Shown here in pieces: positions 23,894 to 32,265 of a stretch of 48,115 bases of DNA (position 1 is the first letter of the stretch; every line of letters starts with the position of its first letter). The stretch lies in the IMG/VR virus record IMGVR_UViG_3300030580_000016. The stretch is one strand, 5' to 3'. The position numbers were made by a program, and so were the translations under genes. The DNA comes from a virus. A model generated the notes under the pieces. That model saw nothing but the letters and a program-made list of their open reading frames with translations, made no database searches and had not been told where the DNA came from.

Positions 23894-24448
23894 TTGACCC
23901 ACGCATTTCAACTTATTTTCAATTGCACTCCAGCACAATTCGCTACTGCTACTGCAACCACACTCCCAGCAGTCGGCGCAACAGTTATTCAAAACCCTAT
24001 TCCTGCTCAAGGGCTTATTATCTCTGAGCCTTTTACCTTCACAGCCACTACTGCTATTGGTACAGCACTTACTGCTATTTCGTCTATCGTAGGATTGTAT
24101 TCGGGACTCCCTGTTAGCGCCGCTAATTTCACGCCTGGAACTCTTACTCTCGGCGCGGTGGGAGCGGTAAATACAGCAACACTTGCGGGGGGCGCTGCTA
24201 CTTCAATAGCCACTGAAACTATCACCGCAACTCCCGGACTCGGGCAGATTGATTTTTCCTACGATGGTCAGTATTTTCTCCGATTCTTTGGGGCTAATCC
24301 AGCACCTATCAGCCAGCAATCGAATGCGGGTGTGACTGAGAATCAGATGACTACTAATCTAGTGGCATTCCTTACTAGTACTTTCGCGGCTACTCTCGGT
24401 GTGCCTGTACCAAGTAATATCGCTGTTCCTCCCCCGTTCGTGCCGTAG
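23894..24448 (+). CDS. Ala/Thr/Gly-rich hypothetical protein (184 aa, TTG start)
   Basis: AGAGGA 7 nt upstream of the TTG. Fills the gap exactly. Composition resembles the virion low-complexity proteins. Confidence 0.45.
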   Translation: MTHAFQLIFNCTPAQFATATATTLPAVGATVIQNPIPAQGLIISEPFTFTATTAIGTALTAISSIVGLYSGLPVSAANFTPGTLTLGAVGAVNTATLAGGAATSIATETITATPGLGQIDFSYDGQYFLRFFGANPAPISQQSNAGVTENQMTTNLVAFLTSTFAATLGVPVPSNIAVPPPFVP

Positions 24449-24517
24449 TAGCAACTAACAATTAAAACTACCCACACCCCACAGAACATCGTGGGGTTAA
24501 GTAGGCACTGAGGGCTT

Positions 24518-26071
24518 ATGCAGAAGAACAGAATAAGCATGGAATACTTGCACGCGCTACAAGCGGTATACTACCAAATAGATCGACGCGGTATAGTAGT
24601 AGACAAGCAGAGGCTACGAGATGCATCACACTATATTGATACAGACATTAATCGTCAATGCGCTATTGTCAGTAGTATCTGGAACATACCTTGCTACATC
24701 GGAGCCGCAAACAAACCGGAAGCTAAACTTGGGAGTAGTATTAATCTTAACAGCAGCAGCGGTGATAATACCCCTCTCGCACACTTAAAGCGGATGGGAT
24801 TTACAATACCAAAGACAAGTGGGAGGGATGAGGATGGAAACTACATATCAAAAGAATCTCTTGCGGAACTTACCCTGCAAAAGATATATGCAACAAATCA
24901 ATTTAACGTCCCGGGAGGAGATCCAGCAATTAGGGCGCTTCTTAGAATACGTGAACTTGGAACTCTCCGAGCGCGCTACATTAATGCAAACCTCTATCGT
25001 TCAGGAGGGTTCGAGTTATTTCTTACAAATTATAATTGCGCAGGAACAGTTACAGGACGCAGGGGAAGCCGCAAACATTCTTTCGGTTTTGGGGGGAATG
25101 CACAAAATTTTCCAAAGCATGGAGAGCTTGCTAAGATATTTCGTAGATGCTTAGTAGCCCGCCCCGGTAAAATCCTACTAATGGTAGACCAGATGCAAGC
25201 CGAGGACTGGCCTACTAGCGCACTAGCTAATAACACGGAGGCACTTGATGACTTACGTTCTGGTATTGATAGGCATAGGAAGTTGGGTTGCCTTATATTT
25301 GATATCCCCTGGGACCACTATACAGACTCTCAGTGGAAAGAATCTATTGAGCGATTCCTTGGCAAGAAAACTAGACACGCTAATAACTATGGTATGCGTG
25401 GCGGTACTATGTCTGACTCACTTGCTAAGGAAGGCTATTCACTAACTCCCCAACAATGCACCAACATCCTCACGAAAGTAAACCAAGTTGACCCCTCCGT
25501 AGACGGAGTATTTCACAAATACATAAAGGACTGCTTATATGCGAATCGAACGCTCCGGACACCGTTTGGACGTGAACGTATCTTCTTCGGCCTCCGAGGT
25601 GGTGAAACAGGCTCGAATAATAAAATCTTCAACGAAGCTTACAGCTACATTCCTCAATCTACAGTTGGCGATAATAACGGATTTGCAGTCTATGAACTTG
25701 AAACCGGAAATGACTCCACACGAGGTAAAATTATTCAAGAATGCCATGACTCAATCGTTCAGGAGATTGACGATTCTGTTGAATCTATCTGGAACTTTAT
25801 GCAAGTCACAAAAGCGGCGTATTCTCGTAGAATCGTATTCCACAATGGGATTGAAGTTGAAATCCCAGTCGAAGGAGAAATTGCCTTTGACTTCTACAAC
25901 ACAGTAACTATTAAAGCTAGGAATGGCTCCAAAAAGCTGGAAGACATTACCTATCAAGATGTGCAAGCGGCTTACTACAAGTTAAAAGAGAATCAAGAAA
26001 AGGAGCGCCAGTCAGATGCCGCCACGCAAACTCAGCATGAACTGGATCAGCAGCTATGCGGCGGCGCTTGA
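24518..26071 (+). CDS. DNA polymerase A, polymerase-domain gene (517 aa)
   Basis: Starts at the exo/pol boundary (EYLHALQAVYYQIDRRGIVVDKQRL). Motif A LLMVDQMQAED, motif B KKTRHANNYGMRGG, motif C QECHDSIVQE. Confidence 0.85.
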   Translation: MQKNRISMEYLHALQAVYYQIDRRGIVVDKQRLRDASHYIDTDINRQCAIVSSIWNIPCYIGAANKPEAKLGSSINLNSSSGDNTPLAHLKRMGFTIPKTSGRDEDGNYISKESLAELTLQKIYATNQFNVPGGDPAIRALLRIRELGTLRARYINANLYRSGGFELFLTNYNCAGTVTGRRGSRKHSFGFGGNAQNFPKHGELAKIFRRCLVARPGKILLMVDQMQAEDWPTSALANNTEALDDLRSGIDRHRKLGCLIFDIPWDHYTDSQWKESIERFLGKKTRHANNYGMRGGTMSDSLAKEGYSLTPQQCTNILTKVNQVDPSVDGVFHKYIKDCLYANRTLRTPFGRERIFFGLRGGETGSNNKIFNEAYSYIPQSTVGDNNGFAVYELETGNDSTRGKIIQECHDSIVQEIDDSVESIWNFMQVTKAAYSRRIVFHNGIEVEIPVEGEIAFDFYNTVTIKARNGSKKLEDITYQDVQAAYYKLKENQEKERQSDAATQTQHELDQQLCGGA

Positions 26072-27248
26072 TCCAATAACCGAAGCGCCATCTGCGTATG
26101 TAATTTGGAGTGCAATCTCAGTAATAAGTGCAGTTCTAAAAAAGAAAGTATGGGTACGTCGTGGAACCTACAAAGTATACCCAAATCAGTACATTGTTCT
26201 CGTTGGACCGCCCGGCGTTGGGAAGGGAACAGCAATCCATCCAGCTCATTCGTTCATTAAGGACTACAAACCTGCTCTCAGCAACTACCTTTCCGATCGT
26301 ATTACGGCGCCTAAAATCATTGAAAAGCTTGCAAACGGATTCCAAACCAACGCAGTAGTAAATGGTATGGTAACAACCGCTACTGAAAGCACTGCGGTAC
26401 TAATGGCAACGGAGCTTAGTACTTTCCTTGGTTCCTCAGATTGGATGACAAGTTTCCTATGTGACACATGGGATAGAAATGAGTTTGAATATGACACTAA
26501 GAATAAGGGCAGCAGCCACATTAAGGACATGTGCGTTAGCCTTATTGGTGCTTGCGTACCAGATTTTATTAGGAAAATCAACGGGAATAAAAACGCTGCA
26601 GAAGCTATTAACGGTGGGTTTACCGCTAGAACGATGTTTGTATTTGCTAATGAGAAGTCCAAGAAGCTGGCTTGGCCAGTCGCACTTGAAGATACTACTG
26701 GCGGAAAGGAAATAATTGCAAACCTCCGCCACGATCTTGAACAAATCGCGCACGTACATGGCGAATTTACATTCGACAATGAGGCTTATCACGAATGGAT
26801 TGCATTTTATAAAACTATCAATGCTACAGATTCTGATTCGGATGTTGTAAGATACTTCAAATCAAGGCAGGATATTCATGTCCTTAAAGTCGCAATGTGT
26901 CTTAGTGCAGCTAGTGACAATCTCCTTGTTATTAACCGATGGTGTTTGACGACAGCTATAGCTCTAGTTCAGGGGGTGTTAGATACACTTGACATTACCT
27001 TTAGAGGAGTAGGGGAATCATCACTATCAGAGGCAACGGCAAAATTGCAGACGTACATTGAGAGAAAGGGCCTTTGTTCGAGACGGGAACTTATTCGGGA
27101 TTGTCATAGACACGCTACGGTTGAAGATATAGATAGAATTATAAATACATTATTACAGATAGGACTAATTACTAACAAGATCGTAGGTGGCACTCAGTTC
27201 TATGAGTACGTACACACGACTAAAAAGAAAGTGGTACAAATGCCATGA
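26016..27248 (+). CDS. P-loop NTPase, putative replicative helicase (410 aa)
   Basis: AAGGAG 11 nt upstream. Walker A LVGPPGVGKGT. Positioned immediately after the polymerase gene. Family not resolved (DUF3987/SF3-like impression only). Confidence 0.55.
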   Translation: MPPRKLSMNWISSYAAALDPITEAPSAYVIWSAISVISAVLKKKVWVRRGTYKVYPNQYIVLVGPPGVGKGTAIHPAHSFIKDYKPALSNYLSDRITAPKIIEKLANGFQTNAVVNGMVTTATESTAVLMATELSTFLGSSDWMTSFLCDTWDRNEFEYDTKNKGSSHIKDMCVSLIGACVPDFIRKINGNKNAAEAINGGFTARTMFVFANEKSKKLAWPVALEDTTGGKEIIANLRHDLEQIAHVHGEFTFDNEAYHEWIAFYKTINATDSDSDVVRYFKSRQDIHVLKVAMCLSAASDNLLVINRWCLTTAIALVQGVLDTLDITFRGVGESSLSEATAKLQTYIERKGLCSRRELIRDCHRHATVEDIDRIINTLLQIGLITNKIVGGTQFYEYVHTTKKKVVQMP

Positions 27249-27667
27249 GGATGCGGAGAGGAAGCCCATTAGAGAATTACTGGATAGTACTTGAAAATAG
27301 TTGTTGGGAGTGGCAAGGCTCTAAGTGCAAACGTGGCTATGGTAGATATCGAGTTGGCAGTACCATAAAACAAGCGCACAGAGTTGTGTATGAAAAATAC
27401 AAGAAGAAGAAGATAGAATCTGGGCTGGAACTAGACCACAAATGTAGAAACCGCGCTTGTGTGAACCCTGACCATGTAGAAGAATTGACACATCTAGAAA
27501 ATGTTTTAGTTGGTGAAACTACAAAGTTAAAAGAATTTGAAGTAAAACTTATTAGGGATCTATGGGAACATGGTAAAGTTTCTCAGGGAGAACTGGCTAT
27601 TAAGTTTAAAGTAAGTCAATCAAATATCTCTGATATTATAACCAGAAAGACTTGGAGAAATATATAA
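27245..27667 (+). CDS. HNH homing-type endonuclease (140 aa)
   Basis: CWEWQGSK...GYGRY...AHRVVYE...LDHKCRNRACVNPDHVE...HLEN is the classic phage HNH_3 pattern. C-terminal HTH-like tail. Confidence 0.85.
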   Translation: MRMRRGSPLENYWIVLENSCWEWQGSKCKRGYGRYRVGSTIKQAHRVVYEKYKKKKIESGLELDHKCRNRACVNPDHVEELTHLENVLVGETTKLKEFEVKLIRDLWEHGKVSQGELAIKFKVSQSNISDIITRKTWRNI

Positions 27668-28248
27668 TGAGTTTCAATGAGCAAGGCCCAGAGCTAGTAG
27701 ACCGTCCGTCCAAACCCCTTGAAGTATCACTGGAAGTTGAAAACGTAATCTTCGTAGTCGGTGGTAAATTCGGACTCGAAGCAGTTGAGGATAAAATTCT
27801 TATTCTTATTGACAAATACAAGAGCGGCTACGAGTGCCATGATTGTGATGGTACTGGAGTTTTCAATAGCTGCGACTGCACAAAGAAAGGAACCTTCGGG
27901 ATTAAAGAAAATGGAAAAACCTGCACCTTCCGAGAAGCTTGCGCCAAACAAACCGTCGGCACAAAATGCCTACGATGCAATGGTACAGGATCAACGCTTA
28001 TTGTGCCAGAGAATACGCGAGCAATCCCTACGTCTGGAGTTATCGTTAGCTGCGGCCCGAAAGTCAAGACGAGAAGAATTGGAGAGCGTGTGCTCTTTGG
28101 TGCTCACACAGGCTATTACCTTCCCTTCAAGGGAAACGCTAAAATTAGATGTATGAGAGAGGACGAGCCACTCTGCAAAATCCTAGCAGTAGAAACCGGC
28201 CCGGTTAGTTTGGACGACTTTCTTAGTATCGAGGAGATGCAATCGTGA
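27667..28248 (+). CDS. GroES (Cpn10)-like co-chaperonin with inserted DnaJ-type zinc finger (193 aa)
   Basis: GGAG 9 nt upstream. GroES-like ends (AVEDKILILIDKYK ... GVIVSCGPKV..IGERVLFGAHTGYYLPF...IRCMREDEPLCKI) bracket CHDCDGTG...CDC...C..REAC...CLRCNGTG. Confidence 0.65.
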   Translation: MSFNEQGPELVDRPSKPLEVSLEVENVIFVVGGKFGLEAVEDKILILIDKYKSGYECHDCDGTGVFNSCDCTKKGTFGIKENGKTCTFREACAKQTVGTKCLRCNGTGSTLIVPENTRAIPTSGVIVSCGPKVKTRRIGERVLFGAHTGYYLPFKGNAKIRCMREDEPLCKILAVETGPVSLDDFLSIEEMQS

Positions 28249-28463
28249 CCGCGCGGGAACTCAGTGAGCAATTGGTAGACGAACTTTTATTTAAAACTAA
28301 TCTATCATTCTGCGGCGATGAGAGAACAATCTGCGAAACAGATATAGCTAGCATGATTGAGAAATACGAACCAGATGTTGTAGCAGAACTAAGACTTGAA
28401 ATAGATGAACTAGAAACTGATATAAAAGAACTAGAAGATAAACTATCAGCACTTGGACAGTAA
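28245..28463 (+). CDS. Hypothetical acidic coiled-coil protein (72 aa, GTG start)
   Basis: Last ORF of the plus arm. Ends just before the bidirectional terminator. Confidence 0.55.
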   Translation: MTARELSEQLVDELLFKTNLSFCGDERTICETDIASMIEKYEPDVVAELRLEIDELETDIKELEDKLSALGQ

Positions 28464-28503
28464 AAAGACCCCACTACGATGTTATGTAGTGGGGTATATT
28501 TTT
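28462..28503. terminator. Bidirectional rho-independent terminator between the convergent arms
   Basis: CCCCACTAC (28469-28477) pairs with GTAGTGGGG (28486-28494). AAAAAGA lies 5' and TATATTTTT lies 3', so each strand sees a U-run. Confidence 0.8.
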
Positions 28504-28518
28504 GTCTTGGGTTAAGTG

Positions 28519-31500
28519 CTAGTTAATCTGCCAACATACATTGCTAGTATCTACCGCGAGCGCCGCAAGTGCCGTGTAGGAGTTAATCACGAATGATGTT
28601 CCCACCGAAATTGTACCTACTGACAATGTGCCGATTGCTGTACTAGCGTTCAGGCCGCAGTTAGTAAGTTTATATCTACACGCCGTTCCCGGAGTACAAG
28701 CAGCCGCTGTAGATACAGTAACAGTCCCCGCAGCGAGAGTTGCCACCCCACCTACTCCAGCACTAGTAGCAGTAGCCGCATTACCTCCGATACTAAGATT
28801 AGCAACCGGAGTCGTAGAAGTAACAGCAAACGGAGCAGTACCAGTTGCGACGGTCGATGTAAAGATAAACGGAGTAGTAGCCCCAGTCGGATTAATAACC
28901 AGCGGTGTCACATATGTAGTAGCCCCGCCCCCAGTATTAACTTGGAACTGTAAACTACCAGCCGAACCTGAGCCAGTAAGAGATACACCGCATGTCCGTC
29001 CGTAAGACGAGTTATACGCGCCCACTCCTGAAGCTAATAGAAAATCATACCTAGTACAAGGCCCAGTATTAATACCACCAAACCGCAAACCAGCCAACAT
29101 TACATCTTGGTTTGCAGAACTTGCTGTTGTGTAAGCCATAATAATAGGAGCAGTCCATGCAATGCCACTACCAACTCCTAGTATCCCGGTAGTTGGATCG
29201 TTGAACAGCGAAGTAATTATCCCATTAGTACCTGGAGTGCTTTTAAAGATGTTATATCTAAACTGCAATCCATGCACACACGGAGGGTCAATAGTAGTAG
29301 AACTCAGTGATTCAATACCACAATTTACTGTTATAATATTACCACCAGCTAGCGCATTATTGGTTGGTATAATAGGAGGAGAAGCTAGATTTAGTGCAGT
29401 ACTTACCTGACCTACTACATCTCTCCAGATTGGGGGGATTACTAAGTAATCAGTAGGAAGTATTCTGTTATAGTTATTAGCAAAACTACCATAATAGTGT
29501 GAGGTTGGTTCCTCGTTCTGAGTAGATTTAATAGCCGCTCCAGAGCCTACCCCCATTGTTCTCTCCGCTATCATAGGCCCAGTTCTACCATCCAACGAGT
29601 GCAGCGCGTTGCCAAAGTAGTTATACTGCCCACTTACTCCTTGCCCATTCCACCAATCAGGAATCATTACATTATCTGTAGTGCTCCATGCAGATGTATT
29701 AAACGGCATCGCAGTGAATTTACCATCTGATACTGTACCTACAGGCTGTGATGGGTCTTCGCTCTTATAAACCATCGCTACTGGATAAATCCCAAATGGT
29801 GTAGGAAAGAATGAAGCCACATTAAACGTAGGAGTCGCCGGACAACCAGAACCTCCTGATACTATCGTAGCTGTGTAAGGATCAAGTGAACTACTAGCTA
29901 CAGCAGTTCCAACTGCTTGAATAACAGGAGCTACAGTACATCCAGATACAGTAATAATAGGAGCCGGGAGTTTAAACGGATGGCCACTGCCAGAAGTACT
30001 AGTGTTGGATGAGTAATCATTCGCATTAGTAGTTATACTAGTCAGTACTCCACTTGTCACTACTGGAGCACTAATAACAAGCGCAATCTTGGGAGTATTA
30101 ACCGCAGGTAATAGAGTTCTGAGATTATTATTACTAGACCCCTCCGGATTTGTATATACATTCACCAGATCCCCAGCAAGGCTTTGTACAATAGGATAGC
30201 ACAATCGTTGCTGCGCGGTTTGGTTACTAACACCATTTGAATTAGTTCCAATCGGAATGATATCAATATCAGCCCCGATGCAATACCCCACTGCGCCGCC
30301 GAAATTAACAGTAGCTCCTACAGCATGGGCACTCCTAAAGAAAGCTGTGAAGTGAGTCCCATCTACAACCGAAATCACTTGCGTATACTCTATCTGATAA
30401 TCCCCAGCGGCGATAAATAAAATAGTCCCGGCTGACATACCAGCCGTACTCGCTACTGTAGCGCAGAATCCTTGCAAAGCTCCTGTAGTAGTATTGTAGT
30501 TAGTATTCTCGCCCGGTATTCCTACCCCTTGGTAAGTGGTCATAAAACCATCAACACCACCAGCATTCGGACCGGTTATTGGGAATAAAGAAGCAGTTCT
30601 AGTCTGAGAACCGCAACTTCCGGTATAGACATTATTATCAACAGCAGCAGTCAGAGTAGTCTGTGTGGATACTCCGAACTGTGTCGTGATCCCAGCACTT
30701 CCATCCCCCTGAAAAAACGAAAACAAAGGATTGGTAGCCGTGCCAATAGATGCAATGTTACCGGGAGATACGAATTTCTTCGTAACATCCATTACGAAGG
30801 CTTTTTCATAGAACGCTAACGAGTTCCCAGTCCCCGCTGTTACAGTAAGAGGTATCCCACCTTGAGTATCCGGCGCGCCAATTACAGTCAGTGTTCCGCC
30901 AGCTACGTCATTGTTATTGGATACAAAATGCCTCGGCCACTCATTACCCTCGTCCTCATTCCTAGAAACCCCACGACCTACAATAGTCATGGTCTCTCCT
31001 ACGCAATCCCCAACACCTCCACAATTACCGTTGATTGCAAACATCCCACCGCCCTGTTCGGGAGCGAGAGTTTTAGCGGTTAATCCAAGCACGCCAAAAT
31101 TGCCGAGTACCGTATTTGTATTATCAGTGCCGCTATTAAGATTAAGCAGCAGTGACATACCGCTGTATGTTCCAGAACCTCCAAGTCTTCTATTGATTGC
31201 CTGCGTAACATTCCAAGGAATCTGCACCGGCTGAGGCGGGTTACTAGTTCTAGACATACCACTCACAACTGCTGTGGCACCACCAGTGCTGAGGGTAATA
31301 GCGGGAGGCGCATTGTATAACCCGCCTCCTTGGTTAGTAAGTGTGACTGAGACTACAGCAGTGCCACCTGCATTTAGCACAGCCACCCCAGTAGCGGTTG
31401 TGCCGTTAGAAGGAGCCGCGGAGAAGGTAACAGTAGGCGGTGTGCCGGTATAAGTCCCGCCATTAGTAACAGTAACAGACTGTACAGCACCAGAGGTAGC

Positions 31501-32238
31501 GAAATGCTGTGCGAAGTCAACATTAGTAGCAGTCGCTGCTGTTAGTCCAAGAGCTAGTATCGCATTATTTGGCTTAACACTAACCGCAGTTTCATTCCCA
31601 GCGCCATCAGTAGTTGCAGCCGTATCACCAGATACAGAAGCTACAACACCCGGAGTTTGGTAGTATGTTTTCTGGAATTGTGGAGCCGCTACAATAGTAC
31701 CGCCACCACTCTGAGGTACTGTCCAGATAGTACCATTCCAAGTATGCGTCAATCCATCGGTTACGTTAAAATACGCGCTGCCTATTCCAGCAATGGGGAT
31801 AACCTCAACATCCAGATAACCATAAGCTGCGGGGCCGCTATTAAACCGAGGTGCGGTTATAGAAGCATTTATCACAGTATTAAACTGACTCGAACTAGTA
31901 ACCGGGATAATAAACGAATTACAAGCAGCGATAGTATGCGAACAAACACTCACCGAGTACATAGCTCCCGAAGGAGTAATAGTAGCGGTATTAAAGAAGT
32001 GAGTAGTATCAGTAAGCACTCCGCTCGCGCTAAGCGACCCCCCAAAACTAGCAGTAGGAACAGGCGTTCCATTAAAGAACGCCTGACCACTAGGTGCGAA
32101 TAAACTAGCACTCCAAGTCCCGTTATTCCAAGCCTGCCCATCCGAATCTACTACCGTAGCTGTTACACTAGTAACTTGTGCCTCGGTATTCACAACCCCG
32201 AGGCATAGGATAAATCCAAGTAGCACTTTTTTAAACAT
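28519..32238 (-). CDS. Tail-fibre-like giant protein with Sec-type N-terminal signal peptide (1239 aa)
   Basis: AGGTGA RBS. N-terminus MFKKVLLGFILCLGVVNTEA/QV. Contains the fibre-type repeat VTVTNGGTYTGTPPTVTFS...VTLTNQGGGLYNAPPAITLS. Cys-containing C-terminal ~70 aa. Confidence 0.8.
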   Translation of the reverse strand: MFKKVLLGFILCLGVVNTEAQVTSVTATVVDSDGQAWNNGTWSASLFAPSGQAFFNGTPVPTASFGGSLSASGVLTDTTHFFNTATITPSGAMYSVSVCSHTIAACNSFIIPVTSSSQFNTVINASITAPRFNSGPAAYGYLDVEVIPIAGIGSAYFNVTDGLTHTWNGTIWTVPQSGGGTIVAAPQFQKTYYQTPGVVASVSGDTAATTDGAGNETAVSVKPNNAILALGLTAATATNVDFAQHFATSGAVQSVTVTNGGTYTGTPPTVTFSAAPSNGTTATGVAVLNAGGTAVVSVTLTNQGGGLYNAPPAITLSTGGATAVVSGMSRTSNPPQPVQIPWNVTQAINRRLGGSGTYSGMSLLLNLNSGTDNTNTVLGNFGVLGLTAKTLAPEQGGGMFAINGNCGGVGDCVGETMTIVGRGVSRNEDEGNEWPRHFVSNNNDVAGGTLTVIGAPDTQGGIPLTVTAGTGNSLAFYEKAFVMDVTKKFVSPGNIASIGTATNPLFSFFQGDGSAGITTQFGVSTQTTLTAAVDNNVYTGSCGSQTRTASLFPITGPNAGGVDGFMTTYQGVGIPGENTNYNTTTGALQGFCATVASTAGMSAGTILFIAAGDYQIEYTQVISVVDGTHFTAFFRSAHAVGATVNFGGAVGYCIGADIDIIPIGTNSNGVSNQTAQQRLCYPIVQSLAGDLVNVYTNPEGSSNNNLRTLLPAVNTPKIALVISAPVVTSGVLTSITTNANDYSSNTSTSGSGHPFKLPAPIITVSGCTVAPVIQAVGTAVASSSLDPYTATIVSGGSGCPATPTFNVASFFPTPFGIYPVAMVYKSEDPSQPVGTVSDGKFTAMPFNTSAWSTTDNVMIPDWWNGQGVSGQYNYFGNALHSLDGRTGPMIAERTMGVGSGAAIKSTQNEEPTSHYYGSFANNYNRILPTDYLVIPPIWRDVVGQVSTALNLASPPIIPTNNALAGGNIITVNCGIESLSSTTIDPPCVHGLQFRYNIFKSTPGTNGIITSLFNDPTTGILGVGSGIAWTAPIIMAYTTASSANQDVMLAGLRFGGINTGPCTRYDFLLASGVGAYNSSYGRTCGVSLTGSGSAGSLQFQVNTGGGATTYVTPLVINPTGATTPFIFTSTVATGTAPFAVTSTTPVANLSIGGNAATATSAGVGGVATLAAGTVTVSTAAACTPGTACRYKLTNCGLNASTAIGTLSVGTISVGTSFVINSYTALAALAVDTSNVCWQIN

Positions 32239-32265
32239 TATAAATTCACCTATTATCTGAAGTAA

